Origin: Owenia fusiformis | Lineage: Eukaryota | NCBI GenBank assembly: GCA_903813345.2 | Contig: CAIIXF020000001.1 | Span: 11,222,001-11,286,000, forward strand | Direction of reading: 5' to 3' | DNA length: 64,000 nucleotides | Shown: piece after piece, positions 38,850 through 52,695 of the stretch | How positions within the stretch are numbered: position 1 is the stretch's first letter | Layout: the number at the start of each line of letters is the position of its first letter | Translations under genes and position numbers: made by a program | Notes under the pieces: model-generated | The model's database searches: none | What the model saw: only the letters and a program-made list of their open reading frames with translations | Told to the model about the DNA's origin: nothing

Positions 38850-41800
38850 TAGTGGGGGGAATTTAGTGGAAAATATTTCAAATGGTGATACAAGCAAATT
38901 TATTGGCTTAATCTGTTATTTAAACTATTTGGAAAAATTCTGTCCCTGTGATCAATCAAACTGAACACTATTTCAGGAAAAAATTCAAGATGGCTGCCGT
39001 ATATGTGTAATTCGATACAAATGACACTCTAGATTCATATATAGAGATAAATATGGTTTAAAATTATATTGATTCAGTAGTAAAGCATGTACATTATATC
39101 TAGAAATACAGTTACATTCATTAATGAGCTGAATTGGGCAGAATGACTTTATATAGGGATTCTACAAGGTTCTATTTTGGGAGCACTCTTATTTTGTAAC
39201 AACTTTAGTCATTAAACTTGTTTTCTTGAATAATGTTGATATTTCACACATAATTCAATCTAATATTTCAAGTTTACATGAAAACACTATCTTACAAGTA
39301 CCAAGGAGACTTTGAAGGAGTCCTGCAAGGTTCTACTACACTCCATTATTATCACAATCTCTTGGAATTCGGTGGAAAATATTCAAAATTGCGATACATG
39401 CAAATTTATGGGCTAGTCAGTTATTTATGCAAATAAGAAAAATTCCATCCCTCAAATCAGCCAAACCTAATACTATTTCAGTAAAAAATTTATGGTTGTC
39501 GAAATATGTACACAATTCCGTAAAAATGACACCTTAGGTTCATACATAGAGATAATATGGTTAAAAAATAGGTTCACTCAGTACTAAGACATGCAAATAT
39601 ATTTAGAAATGCTATGATCTTCTTTGATTTGAATTTTGGCAAAAAGAGTTTTATAGGAGTTCTTCAAGGTTCTATTTTGGCCCTCTCTGTTAGCACTTGA
39701 ATTACTTTATAACATTCTCTAATACATTTTATATCTAAGACATAATTCAAGAATATATTTCAAGTTTGAATGAGAAAATTGTCAGTCAAGTATCAATGCA
39801 GACATTGAAGTAGTCTTCCAAGGTTCTACCTTAGTCCATTATTATCACAATCTCTTAATAGTATGATGAAATAAGGGCAGGTGGAAAAGAACTTATCAAT
39901 TATACAGAATTACATGTGGAATTGCACAATATTGTACATTTAAGTACAGATTTTTTACAAAAGCAAACTAAACATGTCTAGAGACTTGCTGGGTTAAGAG
40001 CCCCGTGTCGAGTTGTCTACAGTGAGGTCAACAGTAAAGGCCATGTGATGTTGCAGCTATAACACAGCTAATAGCAGAAACAAAGCAACACAAAACCAAC
40101 TTCTCAATTGTATGGTTTGATATAACTAAGGCAGCAGTGTACCACACAAATGAACTCAACAGCTTTGAAGCATTATAATGTTCCTCAACATGTGATTGGC
40201 CTTGAGGTAGAGCACCTTGAAGGTATTCAGTTGAGATTCTTGACTGAAACAGCCAGCCTTTAGAGAAGGGAATCATGGCAGGCTGCATATTACTATTCAT
40301 GGCAGCTATGAACATCCTTCTGAAAGGAGCCACAAGGAGTGCAATGAATTTAAAATGAGAAATGGTAACCCACATCCAACATACTAGTATCACATTTTCA
40401 TGGATTGATGGGGTCACTCTAGCAAATGACACTGAAATAGCTATTCTGTGTATCCTCACTGAACTAAAAAACCTAGTAACCTGGGAATCGTATCAAATGT
40501 TGCAGTCTCCTGGAAGCTCCCTGTCATTTCGTTATACAACACTAAATGACACAAAACTTACCCAACCAACTAGGCAAGGCAGGACTGCCTAATAGAACAT
40601 CCAACATATTGACCCAATTGTCACAAGTACTTCAAACTGCCTAAAGAGTCTTAAAGCAACATATGCGATTCAGGCAACAGATTGGAAGGTGACTAATTGT
40701 AATGACTATTACAATGAAACTCCCTTATTGCCCAAATGACTTGATTGTCATCACATCGGAACAATATGATAGTCCCTTTCCTGGCTGTTAAATTCTGCTG
40801 GAGTTACAGCAACAGAGTGGAACAAGGCTCTCCTAGAAATAGGCCAAACAGAAAAATGGTGACTATGGCTGCATTGTGCAGAGCTGGCTGAATAACTGAG
40901 TGAGGTTTGATCAACCTGTTTTCCAACCTCTCTGAGTTTGTATGCAGCTTGAGGGGTAGAAGCAGAAAAAATGGAAATTAAACTGACAAAAAAGACTAAA
41001 GCTGCTAATCACAACAAAACCTGAAGGATAATAGTGCCACAAGCAATGATACTCCAAAAGTGAACCTTAAACGGCTCCTATGTAATAATGACTTTTAAAA
41101 ACTGATTTTGTTGTAAATTAGTGAATGTATATTCCTAATTATAGAACAGCAGTACCAATGATGTTAAATTCATTAAATTAAATAGAGTAACCATTGTACC
41201 AATTTGTGAGTATACAAAATAAGAAGGGCGTCAGGAATGAACCTTGTTTAACTCCTAATTATTTATTTTGACTTGAGTTCATAACAGTATTATGTGTAAT
41301 GTGTGTATGTTGTATACTTCAGCTCTAAACATAGAGATAAACATGTCTAATCATACCCTGATGAAATCATAGCAACCTCTCTATTTTATGATTACATTAC
41401 ATTACATAGTGATTCATGTACTACATAAGCATATAATCATACACATATATAAAATATGTTGTGTCCTATATAGTTATAATAATCATATTATAATATCCAG
41501 TTACCTCTGAAGATGGTCTGAATGTACTTATTTGATTTCTGTTGATACACGTTTCTAACTTAATCCTACAGAATGACAAAAATTGACCACAACTTCCTTT
41601 TTCCAATTTTATGGGGTAGGGCACTTTCAACGCTTTTTAAAAAATACTTTCAATTTTTCAATAATTGAAATATTCATATTGTAGTATCAGGCAAAGTTAT
41701 TAGATGTTTTTTGAATAATAATTAATGTTATTTGTCATTGCATTCTTTATTTGAACCTAAAAAATGAACATTATTTCCCATTTTACGCCAAATCGTCACA

Positions 41801-42118
41801 CTTTGGAGGCTATGGGAGAGGGCTGAAATTCAGTTTAAAAATTTGAAAAAAATTCACTAGACTATTTTCACCTTAAAGAACAACATTTCACCATGAGAGC
41901 ATGAATTTTCCAAAAAAAAAGAATTTTGCCCACCCTACATGTTATTTAAGTCATACTTTGTCGGCCATCTTGGATTTTGGGGGGAAGAAGTGAAATATTC
42001 CGTCGATCACAGGGACAGATTTTTAGAAAAAGGTTTTAAGAAGCAGAAAAGCCAAAGTTTATACTTGTATCACCATCTGAAATATTCTGCCTAATATAGG
42101 GGTAAATTCCCCCCACTA
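38850..42118. mobile_element. Academ-type non-autonomous element
   Basis: TAGTGGGGGGAATTTA...TAAATTCCCCCCACTA TIRs (imperfect over ~60 bp), TAG/CTA termini, 3-bp TSD TCT. Internal ~495-bp diverged tandem duplication (38960-39858). Confidence 0.8.
39990..41030 (+). pseudogene. Decayed reverse transcriptase of an RLE non-LTR retrotransposon (HERO/NeSL/R2-like)
   Basis: Frameshifted plus-strand peptides TQLIAETKQHKTNFSIVWFDITKA/SVPHK..LKHYNVP, QPLEKGIMAGCILLFMAAMNILLKGA and FSWIDGVTL resemble the WLDLxNAYGSVPH, LEKGIxxGCTIS and AFMDD motifs. Many stops and deletions. Confidence 0.65.
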
Positions 42119-42247
42119 TCTGACATATCTTATGGCCCTGACTAGGTCTAACCTCCATGGTCATTTTGCCTTTGATGTATTAATTTAATAGTTCCGCAGG
42201 TTTTGACCTTATGAATCAATACACACCATCCCTTATCCTCCTGTGAC

Positions 42248-42654
42248 CCCAGGGGGTTCACTCTGAATAATTTGGGTAGATATGTGCAGCATGGGCAATT
42301 TTGGCTTTCGGTATAACTATAACCCATGGAAACTTGCCAATCTGAGAGGAAAAAAACATGGAAAAATTATCGAAGAAGGGACCTTTTTTAGGTCAATATT
42401 CAGTTTTCTAGAAAAAATGGTATTAAATCGGTTGAAATCAGTTGCTGATGCCTTGGACAAATCCCTGGAAAAGTGGATTTTCTAGTCAATTTTAATGATA
42501 TTTCGAGAAATTTTGTTCTAGCAAACTTCAGAGAGGAATTAATCAAGGATCTTTTCAATCTTGAGAGGAAATTGACATTGAAAATATGCCCAAAAAGGGG
42601 GTCTGTGGCGCAGCACATAGATATCAAATGATATATTGGAGTGAAACCCCCGGG
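42248..42654. mobile_element. MITE with CCC(A/G)GGGGG termini and 8-bp TSD
   Basis: CCCAGGGGGTTCACTC...GAGTGAAACCCCCGGG, with CCTGTGAC on both flanks. Confidence 0.8.
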
Positions 42655-43279
42655 CCTGTGACCATATTCATGGATTATTACGAAAATATTGTAGACCGCT
42701 TTGAAACCAACAGAAAATGCCAGTCAGTTTCTGTCAAAATCGAAATTGCAAATCATATCAGAAAAAGCCAATGAACTAACAAACAGTAGGTTTACAATAA
42801 ATAACTACTTTGCGTGTATACACATGCTATATAAATCAATCAAACAATTTTGTTGACAACAATTTTGTTTCATGTGATTTTACCAGGGACGAACAGACAC
42901 AATGTCGGATTTTTCATTTTAGAAATTGGTAAGTGTAACCTTATTTTACTTGTATAAATGAACGTCTAAACCAAAAATACAATGTTTTCATTATTTATTA
43001 TTATCATTTTCATATTATCATCAAGTATCTGTCACATATTATCATGGAAAATTGATTTGAATCGATCCAAAATTTGCAACCTTTGAAATCATAACAGGGA
43101 TGTTAAACTTAATCTGGCCCCAAGTAAGATCAGATTAATAAATAAGCCAGATTAATTTTAACTTGTTGAAATAGGATCTAGTGCGCTATAATAATACTAG
43201 GGTCTCTGATTATGATAGTTGAAATGCTCAATTCATATTGCCGGTAGAGAAATTCATTATAGATTATTGCCACAATGCT

Positions 43280-43606
43280 AAAGGACGATTCTCGGTTTGG
43301 AGAACAGTCTCCTGGGCTAATAATTTCTTTCATGAAAAATATAGAAATATTACCCAAATTAAACTATGATTATTCAAAAGAGGACATTTAAATAACAAAT
43401 TAGTCTGAAGCAGGGATAACGTTCAATTAGACCAATTCAATAAAATACAAGTCTCGATTTTGGGGAAAGAAGTTCATCAGTGTACTGCGCTAATATTTTT
43501 TTGCGAAAAATCTAGAAACATTACCCAAATTAAATTATAATTATTCAAAAGAAGACATTCATTTAGATTGATGAACTTCGTTCTCCAAACCGAGAATCGT
43601 CCTTTC
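43280..43606. repeat. Small inverted-repeat element remnant
   Basis: AAAGGACGATTCTCGGTTTGGAGAAC and its perfect reverse complement at 43580-43605; internal ~48-bp direct repeat. Confidence 0.6.
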
Positions 43607-44548
43607 TGCCAAATGGTATTGTAATCTGTTTTCAGGGCAAAAATAAGCAAAACAGCATCTAAATTCATTTGCACATCAATGTGATGTTTATTTTTATCTT
43701 GATTTCTTCAACATTTAAAGGGCTCATCTGTCATTCAACTAAACAACACTCAGGTGACAATTATTGGTAGTGAGAACCATCACCGTTGCGAGCAGTTTGA
43801 ATCAAGCTCTAAGCTTATGTTTATACTTTGCTTACAATAACCGTCCTGAGTCAATCGGTTAGTGTATGTATCAGTGTACCCTAAAGAAAGAAATCTAAAG
43901 ACCATGCAATATTATATGAAAAAATACATTCAGATTTTAGATGCGAAACATATGGTTAAGGATAAATTTGGGATCATTGATGGGGATGAACTTTTGGTAA
44001 TTGGTACAATCCTAGGATTTATCCCAAGATTTGTTCAAATTACATTGAATTCCGATGATCTTTATCCGAGAATTTTTTCACCCATGTAGATGTGGTAGAT
44101 TGAGATAAGGATAGAATTTATTCTAAAGATTGTTTAATATCACCGCTGTTAGGATAAATTCCAAGATTAATCCCATAATGCAAAAATGATCATTACCGGT
44201 CTCTTATAATTTAACAAATTAATGAGTGACTAAGCTACTACATTTAACGCAATGTGCTTGCAAATTTTTTTTATTACATCTTAAAATAGGAGTGTGACCT
44301 TGGGAAATCAGGATATGACATAATATTGCATTAATGTATTTGTGCCAATGCATCTCGGGTTCCCACATAAATATAGTTATTAGACTTCCTGGAATTTAAC
44401 ATATTAGTCCTTTTACATTAGGTATCATGTAATTACAATACTTAAGACATTTTAATTCTAGTAATTGCTGGTAAAAGATTCATATAAAAGTTAAACCTTA
44501 GTTTTTCTCAGGTAAGAACTTTTCTTAAAATGTAAATCTTCTGTATAA

Positions 44549-45881
44549 GGGGCTGGGTCAAATCATCGATGTCCGTCAAAAAATGTAATTAATTGGGTTG
44601 GAGGGAAGGGGGTATAATGCTATTTAATTAGGTGACAGACATTGATTTTCATTTTAACGGTGTTTCGTCTTTTGCGATTTCTGCGTTAGTTTTTAACAAC
44701 TGTTCACAGGGGTTTGTAGCTAGACCATTTCTACCTTCACTTTTCGTTCATTGTCATTTTTGTCATTTGGGATTAAATACATCCTGGCATTTTCACAATG
44801 GTCCAACTGAATCTGTTTGGAAATGTAACGTTCCAGGTAACAACATTTGCATTCATAAAGAAAATCATAAACGTTCTAACTACGAAAAATGTGTAGACCT
44901 ATTTTGACACGTAGGTCAAATGGTGATAGAAAATCATAAATAAACGAAGCAAATCATAAGTGGAAAGGACAAGGTGCAATTATTGGCAAATATCCCTATG
45001 GTCAAAATGAATCATTCATAGGTGTAACATGAAGAATAAAATGTCATATAATACTTTGGAAAATATTAAAGTGCTCGGACACACATAAGCTGAGATAGGG
45101 ATCATTTCATTCAGTAAGGTTGTATTGACTTACATGGGGATGTGCACCATTGACTTAACATGAGGATATCAGCAGATCCCAATAGAGGCCATTGGTTTCA
45201 ATTGATTATCACAGAAATACCAAAAATACACTATGACCTGAATCGATTGCAAACTTAATAATTTCACAATACGACACAAATGGTTTATCTCATCAAATGT
45301 GCAAATATGAAGTTTACAATCGATTCAGGTCATACTTAAAATTAAAAGATTGTACATTTTTTCATCATTTTTTCCCCTACAAAATGGCTATAGAAAAATG
45401 CTCCAAAACCAACTTTTACACTTATCAAATATCATACAAGTTTGTAAAACCAAAGATTATACTATTATATTCCATTATGTAGTAACATATTTGGATAAGA
45501 TGCAGGGATGCGAAGGATGTAAATGGATTTTGACAGACACAAAAATACTTCCTGGTTTGGAATCTATGCCTCTACACTTCATGATTGAATTATGACCCTA
45601 ATAAGTGGCCTATACATCAATACAGTGCTGAACATAGGTCAACAAGATACTAGTGTGCATATAAATGTAATAATTGAAGCAGAATACTCATTTTGAAAAA
45701 TCAGATGAATTATTTTTTTCCCATGGGGAGATCCCAATGGCGGGTGTATAAGGTCCTTTTATTAAGAAAAATTTCATCAACGTTTGACTTTCGTTTGAAG
45801 GGGGAGAGGGGGGTCAATACCTAAATAAGTTTATTGTTATTATTAGCTCACATGGTGAGCTTTTGCAATCGCTCACTTGTC

Positions 45882-45941
<60 letters not shown>

Positions 45942-47504
45942 CGTCAACAATAGTGGCACATTTTAAAACCTCTGTCGATAGGATTACTGTTTTAAGTTAT
46001 TTCTGTTCAACTTCAATACAGAAAACTCCCCTATGACTCCTGGTTCAAAAGCTCGCCTATTTTCAAAATGGCCGCCATTTTTGTCTCGCGAAATTCACTT
46101 TTGACTGGCACGTTTTAAAACCTCTGTCGATAGGATTCCTGTATTAAGTTATTTCTGTTCAACATCAATACAGAAAACTCCCCTATGACTCCCGGTTCAA
46201 AATGGCCGCCATTTTTGTCTCGCGAAATTCACTTTTGACCCATTTCCCAGCTTTACAAATAATTTCAGGTGTCCTACATTGTAAAAATCTGTGTCAATGT
46301 AAAGAGTAGATATATGAAATAATTTTGTTACAAAAAATCAGCGAAAAATTATATCTATTTTTTTATTTTCAGCCATTTTAGTTAACATTGATTTGTCCAT
46401 CTGACTTGTGAAATCCACTTTTCCGTCAACAACAGTGGCACGTTTTAAAACCTCTGTCGATAGGATTCCTGTTTTAAGTTATTTCTGTTCATCATCAATA
46501 CAGAATTCAAAACTCCCCTATGACTCCTTGCTCAAAAGCTCGCCTATTTTCAAAATGGCCGCCATTTTTGTCTCGCGAAATTCACTTTTGACCTTTTTCC
46601 TAGCTTTACAAATTATTTCAAGTGTCCTACATTGTAAAAATCCATGTCAATGTAAAGAGTAGATGTATGAAATAATTTTGTTACGAAAAATCAGCAAAAA
46701 ATTATATCCATTTTTTTTTTTTTTTTCAGCCATTTTAGTTAACATTGATTTGTCCATCTGTCTCGCAAAATCCACTTTTGGACCATTTGCCTTAAACCCT
46801 CTGTCGATAGGATTCCTGTTTTAAGTTAATTTTGTTCAACATCAATACAAAAAACTCTCTTATGACTCTTGGTTCAAAAGCTCGCCTATTTTCAAAATGG
46901 TCACCATTCTTGTCTCTCGAAATTCACTTTTGGCCCATTTCCTAGCTTTACAAATAATTTCAGCTGTCCTGCATTGTAAAGACCATGTCACTGTAAAGAG
47001 TAGTTGTATGAAATCATTTTGTTACAAAAAATCGGCAAAATATTATATCAGTTTTTTATTTTCAGCCATTTTAGTTAACAATGATTCATCCATCTGTCTC
47101 TCAGTCAGTCCAAAAAAGTGGCAAGTTTTAAACCTCTGTTAACAATTTTTAAATCCTCTGTAGATAGGATTCCTGATTTAAAATAATTTTGTTCAACATC
47201 AATAAAGAAAACAAACCTGTGACTCCTGCTTCAAAATCTCGCCTAATTTCAAAATGGCCACCATTTTTGTCTCGGGAAATTCACTTTTGGCCCATTTCCT
47301 AGCTTTACAAATAAGTTCAGGTGTCCTGCATTGTAAAAAGCCATGTCTTTGTAAAGAGTAGTTGTATGAAATAATTTTGTCACAAAAAATCTGCAAAAAA
47401 TTATACCTGTCTTTTTTATTTTCACTTTTGAGCAACACCATGTGAGCCCAGTACCCACGGTACTAATTTCTTTTTGACAGACATCAATATTTTGACCCGA
47501 CCCC
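44549..47504. mobile_element. Harbinger/Zator-like non-autonomous element (TAA TSD) carrying a nested HINE
   Basis: TAA|GGGGCTGGGTCAAATCATCGATGTCCGTCAAAAA...TTTTTGACAGACATCAATATTTTGACCCGACCCC|TAA. Confidence 0.75.
45842..47467 (-). mobile_element. HINE-like element with (GTCY)n and ~330-360-bp internal tandem units
   Basis: GCTCACATGGTG / CACCATGTGAGC subterminal inverted repeats; microsatellite at 45879-45945; repeated CCTCTGTCGATAGGATT units. Confidence 0.8.
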
Positions 47505-48527
47505 TAAACTTTATATGAAGACTCATTTAAGATATTATAAATCATCTGGTTTAAGGATCTTTATTAGATCATTGTTGGGTTGATACTGGTCTATTATTTT
47601 TTTTCATGCATGCATGTCATCCTTCAACTCAACTATCCAATGAAATACTTAAAGCCATCAGCTCATCCACCAATCAAATTGCAACATTGATTAACAATGA
47701 TTGCTACATTCAGACCTCGAATTGAAATTAAAAAATGACAGAAATTTAATGAGATTTTAAGACATATTGTTATCATAGCCTGACTTCTAATAGTTTGTAT
47801 TTCCATCTTTATTCAGCTCATTTCCAACTCCCCGAGTTTACTCCACATTTAAGGGGGTATGTAAATGAAGCTCTTAACTAGGGACAGGCCCTATAAGATT
47901 GGCACATGCCAAGACACCGGTGGTGCCCAATTTTAGTGACTGGTGTGTACTCCCACAAGTCTTCTTTTAGACAAGACTTGCAAAATTTTTACTCACAAGT
48001 CCTTGTACCAGTTATTCTGAATCTTAGGGTCAGTTAGAAATGTAGAACCAAACTCTTTCCAAAGGGTACATTATTTGTTTGCATATTGCAGACTGTTTAA
48101 TACTAAAATAATCAAAATGATTTATTGGATATTTATCTCTGAATGAGATTGTATGCAACACAAAAACAACAGTACAACAACAGATGATGAAATCTGTATA
48201 GTAAATGTAAAAACAAACAGCAGTTAGCAGACTCCTCGTATACATTGAATTCATTATCATGATATGATGATAAAACCAATTAATTGGGATGTTTTGACTG
48301 TAGTGCTGAATATGTTGAATGAACAAAGCTAAATAATGTAATAAATGTCAATGAACTGGATTTCTCCCGGATGCCATTAGCTTGTTTATAACAAATGTTA
48401 AAAAATACAGATCATACTGACACATGCAATTCTATTTGCTGCAATGAACAATATGTTTGCTGGTATTTAGTGCAACTATCAGATCACCAATGATTGTTAA
48501 CAAAAATAGAATTACCTTCTAAATGTT

Positions 48528-49995
48528 ATTATCCCATCGAACGAAGTTCGGAGGGATATAGGGAACGCCTCCGTCCGTCCGTCCGTACGTCCGTCCGTAC
48601 GTCCGTCCGTCCGTACGTCCGTCCGTCCGTACGTACGTACGTCCGTCCGTCCGGGCAATAACTCAAATACCGTTGGCCCGATTTTGTTCATATTTTGTAC
48701 AAATATACCCTATGGGGGTAGAAGTTCTGCTCGAAAGCCGATTTTCAAAATGGCCGCTCATTTCAAAATGGTGGCCATTTTAGTGCCAAATTTACAGTAA
48801 TTTAGGTGCAATATGTAAAACTGTAATAGCAATATGTTTTAGATGTAAAAAAATTATATAGGACATTAATAAAGCTAGAAATGTAGATATTAAAGAAGCA
48901 CATGGCAGCCATCTTGAAAAATGGCGGCCTTTACTCGTTATTTTACGATTTTTGCTGTAACTCGAAAAGTAGTGGAGCGATTTTTTTCATATTTGGTATG
49001 TGAATACTATAAACATTGCACACTGTCTAAAGACACTTTTGGTAGAAGGCGGCCATTTTGAAAAATGGCCACCATTTTAACGTATTTTACTATAACTCGA
49101 AAAGTAGTGGAGCGATTTTGTTCATATTTGGTATGTGAATACTATAAGCATGACACACTATCCTATGACACTTTTGGTAGAAGGCAGCCATTTTGAAAAA
49201 AAATTTGAAACATGGCCGCCATTTTAACGTATTTTACTATAACTCGAAAAGTAGTGAAGCGCTTTTGTTCACATTTGGTATGTGAATACTATAAGCATGG
49301 CACACTGTCTAATGATACTTTTGGTAGAAGGCGGCCATTTTTCAAAATGGCCGCCATTTTAACGTATTTTACTATAACTCGAAAAGTAGTGGAGCGATTT
49401 TGTTCATATTTGGTATGTGAATACTATAAGCATGACACACTGTCCTATGACACTTTTGAAAGAAGGCGGCCATTTTGAAAAAAATTTTGAAAAATGGCCG
49501 CCATTTTAACGTTTTATACTATAACTCGAAAAGTAGTGAAGCGATTTTGATCATATTTGGTATGTGAATACTGTAAGCATGGCACACTGTCTAATGACAC
49601 TTTTGGTAGAAGGCGGTCATTTTTCAAAATGGCCGCCAATTTAACGTATTTTACTATAACTCGAAAAGTAGTGGAGCGATTTTGTTTATATTTGGTATGT
49701 AAATACTATAAGCACAGCACACTGTCTTATGGCATTTTTGGTAGAAGGTGGCCATTTTGAAAAATGGCCACCATTTTAACTTTTTTACTATAACTTGAAA
49801 AGTAGTGGAGCGATTTTGTTGATATTTGGTATATATGAATACTATAAGCATGGCACATGGTCTAATAACACTTTTGGTAGAAGGCGGCCATTTTGAAAAA
49901 TGGCTGCCATTTTTGCTATATACTTTGTTAGTAAAAATGCCATCCATGGCTGTTCGATGGGATTCGCTACGCTTTGGCGTTGCCGTTGTTCTGGT
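48528..49995 (-). mobile_element. HINE/DINE-1-like element, same family as 27579-28773
   Basis: Same subterminal repeats, hairpin and (GTCC)n; about seven internal tandem units. Confidence 0.85.
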
Positions 49996-50550
49996 TTGAA
50001 ACATTGAGCCGTTTCTGCAAGGGAAAATATCCTGCCCCCTGCTTTTCACAATTATGGGTTAGGCAGGGACGTAATCGATGCATAAGTATTTTGAACATTG
50101 GTGTTTCATTGGCCAGAGTTCAGGGGATAACCTTCCAATGTACCATGATCCAGCCCAGTATTTTCATGAAGTGAACTTTTCTTTTATTGGTCTGCGACAT
50201 CATGATAAACCATGACATCTCATTTCTTCTCAGCCTTTCTGATGAAACAGAAAGATGCTATGAGTATCAGAATTGGTCTATGATTTCTATCAGTAATGTC
50301 ATCATTGCTGATTTGTTTAAAAACATTTCTTGATAGTATCGATAAGAAACAAATAGGACGATTCAAAAAAATAAATATGGTTCAAACAACAAAATTTCCT
50401 GATTTTTTTTTAGATAAAGAGAGATGCAAGGAATATGTTGATTAAAACATCATCTATATAGTAAATGTATTTAGATAATACATTGTGGAATAATATAAAA
50501 GTGGTGCATAGAAGTAATTTTGAAGTCAACTATGAACTGTTGCTAATAAT

Positions 50551-52695
50551 GGGGTCAACCCAATTGTCCGAAACCCAGTTCTCCGAAACCCTGAGTTCTC
50601 CGAAACCCAATTTTCCAAAACCCAGTTGATCGAAACCCAGTTCTCCGAAAATTAGGGGGATCTTATTTGAAAAATACAATTTTTTTAAACGAATCTCGTT
50701 GTTGCAACCTCTGCGAATCACAACATAACATTGGAATAACGTTGACATCATTGCAAAATTAGGCTAAATATGCTTAGTCAAGACGTTAATTGTTTAATGT
50801 TTAGCCTACAAAAGTTCATATACAGGTGATATAGATGTTCAAACAAACAAAGTTAAATTATGTTATTCCCATTGTAAAATGGCGTTTACACAACATACAT
50901 AGGGGTCAACAATTTTTAAACCAATTTTCTTTATGGCCCATGGGCCTTTTTTGAGAGAGAACAACATTTTCCAATGGGTGATGGGCGTTCATGAAAGGAA
51001 AAATAGCTTTCCCGAGCCAGTGCGCATTTATTTAGTAAAGTTGACATGTACATATTTTGAAACCAAAACTTATTCTTCACTCACGTACTCTGTTCGAGAA
51101 ATAGAGATTAAATTAAAAGGATAAGTGAGTACATGGCGAAAATGAAACTTCTTGCGAATGGGAGAACATCCATTTTGATACGAGGACAGCCTGCCTTCGT
51201 TTCCAGTTGATCCCAAGTGATTAAGTTAAGAATGTTTTGTTCTTTTATTTATTTTATTTATTTATTTTTTTGATAAAATACAGAGACTAAGAAATTAAAT
51301 GCGACGAAATATTTTGACAACGTAATATGACTGTTTTATTCTTAAAGTACTATATGCGTTAACTTATTTTATCTGTTTCAAAATGATTCATTTTATTTTG
51401 CCTATATAAAAGAGATTGAAGAAGATAAGATAACCTGTTCCTTAATATATATTGTATTTTGATAACCTTTTTTTAGAATCACAATGTAAAATAAATCCCC
51501 CGTTCCTGCCAGTCTGGTAACGCGTGCAATGGATGCAATTCAAAGTGAGAGAGAGAGAGATCTATGAACATCAGAATGTGTCCATGCCATTAATTTGGCC
51601 AAATACATGGCATGAAACTGGGGGTTTACGCAAAAGACCGACCCCACTGACCACCGACCGGTCGGTGTTTTCCACTGGTAGCCTCAAAACAGGGTTTGAA
51701 GAAAATGTGTAAAAGACCGACCGTATCATGTAAAAGACCGAACATATTTGTAGCCTTAAAATATTAATAATTTGATATTGAATGTCAATCGTTGGGACTA
51801 GGCAACGGTTTTTACCGATTTTGTACCTTGCAACGAATGGCAAGCAAACAAATTGGGCATGACCGTCTCCTCTCGATTAATTGTCCTGCCTTAGGTCCTA
51901 ACCTATCATTAACCAACCTATCGTTTCTACGGGAATCTATCCTAATTTTTTACTGAAATTTAACAATTTCGAAACAAAAATGATTTGTTATCGTCATAGC
52001 CTACTGAATACTGAACACGATATTACACGCGTTCTCTTATCGGGATTTAAAGTGACTTACCATTTCAGTACACCATTAGAAAGCTTTTTTTGTCATATCA
52101 AATGTAGTTTTTACCAGTTGACGTTTAACAACTGAGAAATCAAACATAACGCTACGACGTCAACATCGACGATGTTTGTGTGTTTTTGTTATTGCGTTTC
52201 ATATGAATGAACTTAATGCAATGTTATGTGCGTTTTTTTCCAAAGTGACTAACCAGGATGAAATTGGTCTTCTAACAACTGAAACATCACTTAAAAATAT
52301 GACATTACACACCACGACGATGTAACGTTTTCATCGTGATTTGAAATGATTAATTATACGTTTTTAAATCACGACCTAGTAAAGGTACTATAGTCATTGG
52401 ATTCCCAGTTTTAGTTTTACTTCTAATTTTGCATTTTTTCATCTTTATGTAAAAGACTGTCAGCCGACCACCGACCACATGTACCCAACTGTGGAGAGTG
52501 ACTGGTCAGTGGTCGGCGGTCGGTCTTTTACATAAACCCTGAAACTGGCCTAAGCTGAAGTACGTCTCCCCTTTCTCTAGTAAATTATGACTATATTTTT
52601 CGGAGTTATGGGTTTCGGACAATTGGGTTTCGGACAACTGGGTTTCGGACAACTGGGTTTCGGATAACTGGGTTTCGGAGAACTGGGGTGCACCC
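50551..52695. mobile_element. Mutator-like non-autonomous element
   Basis: 9-bp TSD GCTAATAAT; GGG...CCC termini; inverted subterminal arrays of (CCGAAACCCAGTT)n. Confidence 0.85.
51622..52539. mobile_element. Second Mutator-like element nested in 50551-52695
   Basis: GGGTTTACGCAAAAGACCGACC...GGTCGGTCTTTTACATAAACCC; 9-bp TSD TGAAACTGG. Confidence 0.85.

Noticed and set aside
40028..40459. 143-aa minus-strand ORF as a novel gene
   Set aside because: It is the antisense shadow of the decayed plus-strand reverse transcriptase.
28111..49760. Repetitive ORFs ([30 protein letters not shown]...) at 28111-28386, 49212-49478 and 49557-49760
   Set aside because: They are translations of HINE internal tandem repeats.
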